Shown piece after piece: positions 55,770 to 64,000 of a stretch of 64,000 bases of DNA. Numbering within the stretch: position 1 is the first letter of the stretch; every line of letters begins with the position of its first letter. The translations under genes and the position numbers were made by a program. Under the pieces are notes generated by a model that did no database searches, was not told where the DNA came from, and saw only the letters and a list, made by a program, of their open reading frames with translations. The DNA is from an uncultured Pirellulaceae bacterium (lineage in GTDB: Bacteria; Planctomycetota; Planctomycetia; Pirellulales; Pirellulaceae): contig CALKGE010000003.1 of assembly GCA_938084685.1 (NCBI GenBank), positions 99,898 to 163,897 on the forward strand. Direction: 5' to 3'.

Positions 55770-56567
55770 ATGAGATTCTTTACTGCCTGGACTGGTGGAT
55801 TCGTATTTTTCCTCATGTTGCTGAGTACTAGTGGGCAATTGAAAGCAGAGCGGTTTGTGATCACGTCGCCACCTGCGGGCTCCGTTTTTGTTCTCGGGCA
55901 GTAGGTAACCGTTTCGTGGACCGGTGGAGATCCATCATGGTTGGTGAACATAGCGCTGATTGACGTGGAAGCCTGGACGGTCGTTGATGGTGCAGGTGGA
56001 ATTCCTAATAACGGTACGGTCGATTTCACACTTCCTGTAAGGCACCGGTGGCCTGGGAAGTCCTCTCGTACGTACCAGTTCTATATTCAATACGTTGAAG
56101 ACGGCAAGCCCATTACCTGGACCTATGGGCCGCATTTCACAGTCGTCAGCGAGGTTTCAGTTTCCCTTGATATCAAGCCGGATGATGCTCCCAACTCGAT
56201 CAATCTCAAGAGTCAGGGTGTGTTGCCAGTGGCTATTCTGTCGACCGAGGACTACAACGCTTTGGAGGTAGACGAGTCCACCGTCTACCTCGTAGATTCC
56301 ATGATTTTGGAGATCGCTTCGGCCTTGGGGGAAGATCCACCGATGGTCTTCCCGGTGAAATTTGTAACCGAGGAGGATGTAAACGGAGACGGTCTGGATG
56401 ATTTGCTACTGTTCTTTAGCGTATCGGACCTGGTTGAGTCTGGGGCACTGGATGAAGGGACGGAAGAGGTGACTCTGATTGGAGAGATGTTTGACGGCAT
56501 CCCGATCAAAGGTTTTGATTCAGTGCGGATTGTTCCCGGCTCAACGAAAGGGAAGGGCAAGAAGTAG
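55770..56567 (+). pseudogene. Secreted protein gene interrupted by one in-frame TAG (possible pseudogene, sequencing error or readthrough)
   Basis: ATG 55770 is preceded by ggagg. It encodes a signal peptide (MRFFTAWTGGFVFFLMLLSTSGQLKAE) plus RFVITSPPAGSVFVLGQ, then TAG at 55902-55904. The same frame then continues VTVSWTGGDPSWLVNIALID... into track ORF 55941..56567. The stop therefore sits inside one contiguous domain. Confidence 0.6.
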
Positions 56568-56595
56568 CGGATCATTCAATTGTCGAACAACATAG

Positions 56596-56628
56596 CCTCA
56601 TCTTCCATACTTGGAGATGGGGCTTTTT
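56596..56628 (+). terminator. Probable intrinsic terminator after the 55770..56567 gene
   Basis: Imperfect ~10-bp stem cctcatcttc/ggagatgggg (with G-U pairs), followed by cttttt. Confidence 0.5.
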
Positions 56629-56728
56629 CGTTGGCAGGCTGCTTACAACGGCAATTTGCGATTTGGCCTTTGCCGTTTCGCAGAAGCACAAGCGGGCCGC
56701 TTTCGCGGCCCGCCGTTCCTTCTGGAAG

Positions 56729-56815
56729 CGGATGGGCTGGGATTCGAACCCAGGGTACGCGTCAACGTACAGTAGTTTTCAAGACTACCGCCTTCGACCA
56801 CTCGGCCACCCATCC
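56729..56815 (-). tRNA. tRNA-Ser (anticodon UGA)
   Basis: The reverse complement reads GGATGGG-TG-GCCGAGTGGTCGAAGGC-G-GTAGT-CTTGAAA-ACTAC-(long variable arm TGTACGTTGACGCGTACC)-CTGGGTTCGAATCCCAG-CCCATCC-G. CCA is not encoded. A GC-rich hairpin (gcgggccgc/gcggcccgc, ~56692-56712) lies just 3' of it. Confidence 0.9.
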
Positions 56816-56935
56816 TGAGAGTTCAGCAGGCAGGACCTGCCACTCGTTGTGTTGTTATCGGCTGATTTAATAAAAAAATCAAGATGGGAAGGAAGCTAAA
56901 AAACCAAAACGGCCACCGAGCAGTTGGTCTTACCA

Positions 56936-58033
56936 TTAACTGGTTTGGTACCGATGGGTCGGCACAGGGCGTCCGGGACGGAAACTCTGAGTTTCTCCGA
57001 ATTCCACGCTACCACCAACTCGTTGAACAGCCTGTCGGACACTCTCATGCACCAGCTCGGTCAACACTTCCGGAGCAATCGCAACGCGGGCATTCACAAT
57101 GACATCTGCCTGCGTGAGTTGGCGGTGACTGGCAAGTGAAACCTGGGCAGGCGTGTCACTACTGATCAGATTGGCCACTGCATGGGCAGCGTCACCGACA
57201 CCGATTGTTTTCAAGTGTGCCGTCTCACCCTTGACTTCTTCGAGTCGGGTCCGCAGACACTCAATGATGTCCAGCAGTAGCGCGTCCAGATCGAAGGGAG
57301 CATCGGCGGTAACTCGGAGGCTGGCGTTTAGCCAGCCGAGTTCTGCTTCTCCTTCGGCGTAGATGTCATAATCCAATTCAAGAATACGATTGCCGAATTC
57401 GCCTTGCTGTTCGATGGCCTCCAGCAACTGCTGCATGCCTTCCCCGGTTTTGGCTGACATCTTGATGATGGGAGTATCAGGGTACTTTTGCTTGAGCAGG
57501 GATTCCAATTCGCTGATCTCTGTGACGGTGAGTTCATCAATGCGGTTGAGGATGAGAAAGTCTGCCTCTTCAAGCTGTTTTTCGAAGATGTAAGCGGCTT
57601 TTGGAGAGAACCCCGTATTTGCTTCGTTTTTAAGTATCCGGCGACCGTGACTTGGTTTAAGAATAACACCGTACGGGGCGACTTCGAATTGTTGCTGATG
57701 AAGGTGTTTCAGTGGCTGGACCACGGTAGCCACCAGATCGGTACAGCTACCGACAGGTTCAGCGAGGATAATATCTGGTACATGATCCTGTTGCAGTTGC
57801 TCGGCTGTTGCCGTCAGCTCATTGAAGTTGCAGCAGAAACAGGCTCCGGCTACTTCACCCACATCAAACCCCTGGTTACGTAGTGTATGGGTATCGACAA
57901 GATCGGAAGCCTGATCGTTGGTAACGATTCCTACCTTGAGTCCCTGTGCCCGATAAAGTGCAGCAAGTCGGCCGATGGTCGTGGTTTTTCCAGCACCGAG
58001 AAATCCGCCGATCATTACAAATCGCATTGTCAT
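56936..58033 (-). CDS. G3E-family P-loop GTPase (CobW/COG0523-like metallochaperone family)
   Basis: 365-aa ORF with Walker A (GGFLGAGKTT), a Cys motif (GACFCC), EPVGSC and an NKxD-like NRID. Confidence 0.75.
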   Translation of the reverse strand: MTMRFVMIGGFLGAGKTTTIGRLAALYRAQGLKVGIVTNDQASDLVDTHTLRNQGFDVGEVAGACFCCNFNELTATAEQLQQDHVPDIILAEPVGSCTDLVATVVQPLKHLHQQQFEVAPYGVILKPSHGRRILKNEANTGFSPKAAYIFEKQLEEADFLILNRIDELTVTEISELESLLKQKYPDTPIIKMSAKTGEGMQQLLEAIEQQGEFGNRILELDYDIYAEGEAELGWLNASLRVTADAPFDLDALLLDIIECLRTRLEEVKGETAHLKTIGVGDAAHAVANLISSDTPAQVSLASHRQLTQADVIVNARVAIAPEVLTELVHESVRQAVQRVGGSVEFGETQSFRPGRPVPTHRYQTS

Positions 58034-58065
58034 GTTAAAGGAGTCCTTTCTGATTTTCTGACCGT

Positions 58066-58641
58066 CTAGCCGTTGTTTTCAGCTGCGTCGAGCATTTCAA
58101 GAAAAGTCTTCATCAGTGGAGCGTTATCGTGCCAGGTTCTGGCTGACACGATATTTCCGTCAACTACCGTTTCCTGGTCCACATAGATTCCGCCACCCTG
58201 TTGAGCATCCATCGCGCATTTGGCGACGGTGGTGACATTTCGTCCATCAATGATTCCGGCGGACGTCAGGATTTCGATTCCGTGGCAAACGCTGGCAACC
58301 GGCTTTCCAGCATCGTGGATGGCTTTAACAACGCGGTTAAGATCCTCATCGTACCGGATATATTCAGGCGCTCGTCCACCTGAAATAAAGAGACCCGCAT
58401 ACTCATCTGGATCGATATCCTTGAAGGCGATATCCGCTTTGATGAAGTAGCCAGGACGTTCCTGCGTGATATCCCAGGGAATACTGGAATCAGGAGGGAT
58501 TTCATGCAATACGGTGTGATAGAGGCGTGCTTCGGGACCGGCCACCACGACGTCGTAACCAGCTTCTTTGAGTCGGAAAAACGGATAGAAGGTATCAAGT
58601 GCCTCGGTGGCATCTCCTAGCGGCATGAGTACTTTTGCCAT
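58066..58641 (-). CDS. DJ-1/PfpI family protein
   Basis: 191-aa ORF with the nucleophile-elbow motif ASVCHGIEIL and the typical size. Confidence 0.85.
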   Translation of the reverse strand: MAKVLMPLGDATEALDTFYPFFRLKEAGYDVVVAGPEARLYHTVLHEIPPDSSIPWDITQERPGYFIKADIAFKDIDPDEYAGLFISGGRAPEYIRYDEDLNRVVKAIHDAGKPVASVCHGIEILTSAGIIDGRNVTTVAKCAMDAQQGGGIYVDQETVVDGNIVSARTWHDNAPLMKTFLEMLDAAENNG

Positions 58642-58800
58642 GGTTCACCTGTCGACGGAAGGAAGGGATAATCGTTGTGGTCGCGGCTATGGACAAGCGA
58701 CTGCAGCAATAATTATGGCATAAAACAGAGGCCGTGAATACCAAGTGGTATTCACGGCCATGTTGTGTTGGGACATCAATTCACAAGAGAACGGATAGGA

Positions 58801-60198
58801 CTAGATGCCGTATCCGTTGTGGTACTCTTTGCGAACAATGTGTGCGACTTCAGGAGCATTTGTGGGCACCATGTTTTTCGCATCCCATTCGATCTTCTTG
58901 CCATCGGCGTAAACGGCCAGATTGCCAAGCAGGATCGTTTCAGAAAGAGGACCAGCGTAATTTGGGAAGTTTGAAATCGGAGCGGGACCACCTTTGATGG
59001 CATTTGCCAATTCAGTGAAGTGGCCTGGTGACTCCGGAAACTCGACTTCCTGCGAGATATCGCCGATCAACGTGTACTTGTCACCCTGGAGCAGGCCAGT
59101 GTGACGAGGATCCTGACCGTAATCGCCGGGCGAGAAGAACGAGCCTTTATCACCGACGACGAGCGAACCGGTGTTTAGCAGACGAGCGTAAGCTTTTGTA
59201 TCCGCAACGATCTCTTTACCATTCTTGTCCTGGAACTGACTACGTTTCGGGAATAGAGACCGGTCCGGCTTTTCCCCTCCGTCATACCAGTACATGGTGA
59301 GTGCAGGTCGCCCTTTGTATTCAGGGAATTCGAAGGTGATTTTGCACTTGGCCGGATAGGTCTCCTGATTGTGACCACTGGTTTCCGCGACAACGCTGGT
59401 TGGGTCAAACAGGTCGAGTCCCATGAATGGCATATTTAACGTGTGACATGCCATATCACCTAACGCCCCGGTACCAAAGTCCCACCAACCGCGCCATTTG
59501 AATGGTGTGTAGGAGGGGTGGTATGGGCGATGCTTGGCAGGCCCCAGAAACTCGGGCCAATGGATATGTTCCGGGACAGGAGGAGTATCGGTTGGTCGTC
59601 CGCCACCCTGAGGCCATACAGGTCGGTTGGTCCACACATGAACTTCCTTCACGGTTCCCACGATTCCGCTACGCAGTAGTGCAGCACTGCGACGCAGGTT
59701 GCTGGAGGCCGTTCCCTGGTTACCCATTTGAGTCTGCACCCCAGCTTCTTTGGCTAGTTCACCAAGGTGACGAGCTTCCTGAATGGTATGTGTCAGAGGT
59801 TTTTGCGTGAACGTGTGCTTTTTGGCTTTGAGTGCCAAAGCAGCAGCTGGAGCATGATTATGGTCAGGTGTACTTACCGTGACAGCGTCAAAACTGTCAG
59901 CCGCTTCTTCGAACATCTTGCGATAGTCGTGAAACTTTTTGGCTTTCGGCCATTTGCCTGCAGCCTTATTGAGGTTGCCATCGTCGATGTCACAAATGGC
60001 GACGACTTCCCCGTGCCGAGCTGCATCATTGGAGTCGCTGGTACCTTTACCACCGACACCGACACAGGCCCAGCGAATTACTTCATTGGCAGACGTGCTT
60101 GCTTTGAGCTCAACACCACTGGCAGCAAAGAACCCTGTACTTGCTGCAGCTGTTAATTTCATAAATTCACGTCGTTGTTGACGTTTCGTCATTCTCAA
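58801..60198 (-). CDS. Gfo/Idh/MocA family oxidoreductase with Tat signal
   Basis: 465-aa ORF with the twin-arginine signal QQRREFMKLTAAASTGFFA. It has a Rossmann start (IRWACVGVGGKG) and EKP-like QKPL. Confidence 0.85.
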   Translation of the reverse strand: MRMTKRQQRREFMKLTAAASTGFFAASGVELKASTSANEVIRWACVGVGGKGTSDSNDAARHGEVVAICDIDDGNLNKAAGKWPKAKKFHDYRKMFEEAADSFDAVTVSTPDHNHAPAAALALKAKKHTFTQKPLTHTIQEARHLGELAKEAGVQTQMGNQGTASSNLRRSAALLRSGIVGTVKEVHVWTNRPVWPQGGGRPTDTPPVPEHIHWPEFLGPAKHRPYHPSYTPFKWRGWWDFGTGALGDMACHTLNMPFMGLDLFDPTSVVAETSGHNQETYPAKCKITFEFPEYKGRPALTMYWYDGGEKPDRSLFPKRSQFQDKNGKEIVADTKAYARLLNTGSLVVGDKGSFFSPGDYGQDPRHTGLLQGDKYTLIGDISQEVEFPESPGHFTELANAIKGGPAPISNFPNYAGPLSETILLGNLAVYADGKKIEWDAKNMVPTNAPEVAHIVRKEYHNGYGI

Positions 60199-60372
60199 AA
60201 CTCCTTCGAGTACTTGAATTAGATGATTTGCGTAAAAGTTGATTCAATGTAGATAAGGGTACACCGTGGTGGCGGTGAATTCAAATTGTAGCGATAAAAA
60301 AACGAATCCAGACAGAGGAGGCGGCTGTGGTAATCTGTAGGAGAGTATTGCTTTCAATGTTGGGGACGTGAA

Positions 60373-61296
60373 ATGAGTCGATTGCTGGTGATCGGGTCGA
60401 TCAATCTGGATTTAGTGTTGGAAACCGATAGTTTGCCTGCGCCGGGCGAAACAGTATTGGGGGGGACCTTTTTGAGGGTCAATGGTGGTAAAGGAGCAAA
60501 TCAGGCGGTGGCGGCTGCTCGCGGAGGGACTGCCGACGTTTCACTGCTGGCTGCTGTCGGGGACGACGATTTAGGTTCTCGAGTACAACGGGATTTGGAG
60601 TCAGAGCTGCGGCTGGACGTGTCCCTGGTTCGCAGAAAGACCGGATTGGCAACGGGTGTAGCGGCGATTCTGGTTGATCGGCATGCGGAAAACATGATCT
60701 GTGTTGCTCCGGGAGCCAATGCCGCGTTGTCCGTTGCCGACGTCGAAGCGCTACCTGAAGATCTGTTCGCGCGGTCGTCGGTGATGCTTGCTTCTCTGGA
60801 AGTCCCATTAGATACCGTTCATGCGGCGCTCTGCCGTGGCAAAGAAAAGGGGGCGACGATTATTCTCAATCCAGCGCCGGTGGTAGCGGGGTTGGCAGAT
60901 CATCAACTTTTAAATTTGGTCGATATACTAACTCCGAATGAACACGAGGCGACTCAGCTTTCTGCGATCGAAGTGCACGACAGATCATCGGCCCTGCAGG
61001 CGGCCCGTGCCATTTCTGGCAGGTATTCCATTGACAGAGTGGTGGTAACAATGGGAGCATCTGGTGTGGTTGTTGTTGAAAAAGAGCGGGACTACGACGT
61101 GCCCGCGGAAATGGTCAAGGCATGTGATACGACAGCTGCCGGAGACTGTTTTAACGGAGTGCTGGCCACTCAGCTGGCAGCAGGCGTTGATTTTGCCGAA
61201 GCGGTCCGTTTGGCAGTGAAGGGAGCCAGCCTCAGTGTCACTCGCCGGGGCGCACAAAGTTCACTGCCTTACCTGTCCGAGTTTTGTACCGAGTGA
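60373..61296 (+). CDS. rbsK: Ribokinase (PfkB family)
   Basis: 307-aa ORF with VIGSINLDLV, GGKGANQAVAAAR and DTTAAGDCFNG. Confidence 0.9.
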   Translation: MSRLLVIGSINLDLVLETDSLPAPGETVLGGTFLRVNGGKGANQAVAAARGGTADVSLLAAVGDDDLGSRVQRDLESELRLDVSLVRRKTGLATGVAAILVDRHAENMICVAPGANAALSVADVEALPEDLFARSSVMLASLEVPLDTVHAALCRGKEKGATIILNPAPVVAGLADHQLLNLVDILTPNEHEATQLSAIEVHDRSSALQAARAISGRYSIDRVVVTMGASGVVVVEKERDYDVPAEMVKACDTTAAGDCFNGVLATQLAAGVDFAEAVRLAVKGASLSVTRRGAQSSLPYLSEFCTE

Positions 61297-61489
61297 ATCG
61301 GTTGAGTGTGAAGCGGGGGACTGCCGAGTGAACCTGTCTGACTGCCTGAACGTAGAGCATGGATGCTGAGCGTGTCTGGACCATGGGAGGGCCACGGGAG
61401 GGCCATGGGAGTCGGTTTGGTGTATTGCTCCGATATTCAGCCCCTTCTAGAATAGTTGTTTCCCCGTCCTTCTAACCCCTGACAGAGTA

Positions 61490-62647
61490 TTGATTTCAGG
61501 TTCTAAAAAAATCGCAATCCTGGGCTCTACCGGCAGTATCGGTTGCAGTACGCTGGATGTTGTCCGGTCATGCCCGGAACGACTGGAGGTTGTCGGGATT
61601 ACCGGGCATTCCAATCTTGAGTTATTGCGTCGTCAGGCGGAGCAGTTCAGGCCATCGGTTGTGGTGGTTTCGGACGAAAGCCAGGTCGCCGACTTTGTTC
61701 TATCAAATTCACCGGACATCAGCGTACTTGGTGGCCAGGACGGCATTATTGCATTGGTAACCCGGGATGACGTCGATATTGTTGTCTCGGCCATTGTGGG
61801 AAGTGCCGGGTTACGGGGAACCTGGGCGGCCATTGATGCTGGCAAGACGATTGCACTGGCCAATAAGGAGACCTTGGTGACAGCCGGGCCGTTGGTCATG
61901 CAGCTCGCCAGTGATCGAGGTGTTTCCATTCTCCCGGTGGACAGTGAGCACAGTGCCATATTTCAGGCGTTGCGAGGTGGCCGTAATGCAGAGGTGCAGC
62001 GAGTTATTTTGACTGCCAGTGGAGGGCCATTTCTCAATCATTCGCTTGAGCAGCTTGAACACGTCACCGTGGATGAAGCATTGGCTCATCCGACCTGGAA
62101 CATGGGGCCAAAGATCACGGTGGATTCTGCCACCATGATGAACAAGGCACTCGAGATCATTGAAGCTCGTTGGCTATTCGGCTTGACTGTCGACAAGATC
62201 GATGTCGTTGTCCATCCGCAGTCAATCGTTCATTCCATGGTTGAATTCTGTGACGGTAGTGTGCTTGCTCAAATGAGTCCACCTGATATGAAATTGCCGA
62301 TCCAGTATGCCTTGTCTTATCCTCAACGCTGGCCAGGCCCTGCCGAAAAACTGGATTTAACTCAGAATTTACAATGCGAGTTCATACCTCCGGATTACGA
62401 GCGATTTCCGGCATTGCTGCTGGGACGGGAAGTGGCTGAGCGAGGTGGAACTTGTGGGGCAGTATTAAATGCCGCCAACGAATCAGCGGTTGCCGGATTT
62501 CTGGGGGGGCGGTTAGAATTCACTCAGATCGTCTCGGCCTGCCGCGACGTGCTTAATCATCATGAATACGACCCGAACCCCGATTTGGAGCAGTTAATTG
62601 AACTGGATCGGTGGGCTCGAGAGGAGATATTACGTTGGAAACCTTAA
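61490..62647 (+). CDS. dxr: 1-deoxy-D-xylulose 5-phosphate reductoisomerase
   Basis: 385-aa ORF (TTG start in the track) with ILGSTGSIGCSTLDV, LANKE, DSEHSAIFQ and HPTWNMG. Confidence 0.95.
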   Translation: MISGSKKIAILGSTGSIGCSTLDVVRSCPERLEVVGITGHSNLELLRRQAEQFRPSVVVVSDESQVADFVLSNSPDISVLGGQDGIIALVTRDDVDIVVSAIVGSAGLRGTWAAIDAGKTIALANKETLVTAGPLVMQLASDRGVSILPVDSEHSAIFQALRGGRNAEVQRVILTASGGPFLNHSLEQLEHVTVDEALAHPTWNMGPKITVDSATMMNKALEIIEARWLFGLTVDKIDVVVHPQSIVHSMVEFCDGSVLAQMSPPDMKLPIQYALSYPQRWPGPAEKLDLTQNLQCEFIPPDYERFPALLLGREVAERGGTCGAVLNAANESAVAGFLGGRLEFTQIVSACRDVLNHHEYDPNPDLEQLIELDRWAREEILRWKP

Positions 62648-62652
62648 TTGCC

Positions 62653-64000
62653 GTGTCACTTGACGGGTTTTTGGAAAGTGCCTGGAATTTTGGCAAGGTC
62701 CTGGCTGGTCTGGGATTTGTCATTTTTGTGCATGAACTGGGGCATTTTCTGGTTGCCAAAGCGTGCGGCGTACAGTGCGACAAGTTCTACGTTGGCTTTG
62801 ACGTGCCCATCAAGATCGGCCCGATCAAGCTTCCCGGAGCATTATTCAAGTTCCAGTGGGGTGAGACTGAATATGGTATTGGCACCATTCCTTTGGGTGG
62901 CTATGTCAAGATGCTGGGGCAGGATGACAACCCTAACCAGGCTGAGGAGGAAGCGGCCCGAATTCGGACCGTCAACGAAGCTGGCGAAGAAGTTTTGAAT
63001 CCTCGAAGCTATCCGGCCAAAAATGTGCCTCAGCGAATGGCGATTATTTCCGCCGGCGTGATCATGAACCTGATCTTCGGTATTCTGATGGCCGCTGCGG
63101 CATACAAGATAGGCGTACCTATCCAACCAGCTTCGGTGGGTGGCGTGGCTTACGGTTCGTCCGCCTGGAGGGCAGGATGGGAACCCGGCTATGAACTGGT
63201 CGGTTTCAATGAAGAGGATGAGGAAAGTTTCTTCTATCGATATACCTGGGATTTACGTTATGCGGTCATCGGAGCAGGCATGGATGGTAAGGAGGCTGTT
63301 CCGTTTCGAGTCGTCGACCGGACCGGGCAGCGGCGTGTCAGCGCAGTTGTGCCGGTACAGGCAAGCCTGGAATCCAACCATCGCGCAGTCGGAATTACAA
63401 GTGCCAGTAACAGCACGGTAGCGGTCGTTACGACTTCACCGGCGGATCAGGTGACAGCGGGCGCCGGTTCGTTATTGCCTGGTGATGAGGTGATCGAAGT
63501 GAACGGATTGGCCGTTGCTGTCGACGCGCATGGTCCGGAAGAATCCAGACAGCGCCTGGGTTGGATTGTTCGTGAGGCTTTTGCCCGGCATCCGGATCAG
63601 CCAGTCGATGTCAAGGTGCTGCGGGATGGAAACGAGGTATCGTTGACGGTTTCTCCTGTGAAGATGAAGTCCCCCGATTTTGTAATGGGTATGGGGCCCA
63701 TCACGGCATTTCAGGAAGTCAGCCTCGGCAAACGACTTGGGTTTAAGTTGGGTGATGTTATTGAACAGGTCAATGGCACAGATATTTCGGTAGTGGGGCC
63801 GGTTCAATTATCACAATATCTGGAAGCATTTGACGGCCAGGACGTGACTTTTGGTGTACGACGTGACGCTCAGGGTAAGTCAGAGCTGGTTGAAATTGTG
63901 GTTCCAGCCTACGAGAGTCGAATTGCCCACGAAGCCCAGACTTTCACGGCATTAGGGTGTCTTCCATCATTGGGCTTGGCTTATGCCAGCACGAACGTCG
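62653..64000 (+). CDS. rseP: RIP site-2 zinc metalloprotease RseP, C-terminus cut off by the window edge
   Basis: This ORF is not in the track because it has no stop in the window. I translated frame 1 by hand from 62644 to 64000 and found no stop. It contains HELGHFLVAKACG, GGYVKMLGQDD and PDZ-like GDEVIEVNG. The start is uncertain (GTG 62653 or TTG 62635). It lies immediately after dxr, as in many bacteria. Confidence 0.85.
   Translation, partial: MSLDGFLESAWNFGKVLAGLGFVIFVHELGHFLVAKACGVQCDKFYVGFDVPIKIGPIKLPGALFKFQWGETEYGIGTIPLGGYVKMLGQDDNPNQAEEEAARIRTVNEAGEEVLNPRSYPAKNVPQRMAIISAGVIMNLIFGILMAAAAYKIGVPIQPASVGGVAYGSSAWRAGWEPGYELVGFNEEDEESFFYRYTWDLRYAVIGAGMDGKEAVPFRVVDRTGQRRVSAVVPVQASLESNHRAVGITSASNSTVAVVTTSPADQVTAGAGSLLPGDEVIEVNGLAVAVDAHGPEESRQRLGWIVREAFARHPDQPVDVKVLRDGNEVSLTVSPVKMKSPDFVMGMGPITAFQEVSLGKRLGFKLGDVIEQVNGTDISVVGPVQLSQYLEAFDGQDVTFGVRRDAQGKSELVEIVVPAYESRIAHEAQTFTALGCLPSLGLAYASTNV

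Noticed and set aside
53748-56815. Possible integrated mobile element at tRNA-Ser
   Set aside because: There is no integrase, recombinase or transposase ORF. I could not find a direct repeat of the tRNA 3' end in the flanks. Only low gene density and a broken gene point that way.

Overview
This 64-kb chromosomal segment reads like a Planctomycetota genome, probably Planctomycetaceae-type. That assignment is an inference from gene content: a PSCyt/DUF1549/DUF1553 + DUF1501 gene pair, Tat-signal Gfo/Idh/MocA oxidoreductases, and the H4MPT-linked C1 genes fae and mtdC. I ran no database search, so all family names come from motifs recognised by eye in the supplied ORF translations.

I call about 47 protein genes, one tRNA-Ser(UGA), several intrinsic terminators and one coding tandem-repeat array. 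I saw no CRISPR array, rRNA, transposase or integrase.

Most of the window is housekeeping:
- EF-G
- suhB-like IMPase and rimI
- a minus-strand block of glmU(N-terminal domain only)-prs-rplY(ctc)-pth-rpsF-ssb-rplI-dnaB
- argB-argD-argF and rph
- cmk-plsC
- rbsK and dxr-rseP

The parts that ordinary annotation does not explain are:
1. A 10.6-kb pair of translationally coupled giant genes (10109..20703). They encode three paralogous modules, each built as signal peptide, ~1000-aa ectodomain and a triple-TM cluster.
2. A terminator-bounded three-gene operon (42165..48838). It encodes a PilM-PilN fusion plus two large bitopic proteins carrying Gly/Met-rich tracts, with no pilin, ATPase or secretin genes nearby.
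3. A BamA homolog that appears split into a 5-POTRA gene and a separate Omp85-barrel gene with its own lipoprotein signal (26984..30281).
4. A zinc-ribbon, tail-anchored protein carrying 18 near-perfect 15-bp coding repeats (25649..26983).
5. A secreted-protein gene interrupted by a single in-frame TAG (55770..56567).

Coordinates taken from the ORF track are exact. Coordinates I read from the raw sequence (hairpins, tRNA ends, revised start codons) may be off by 1-2 nt.
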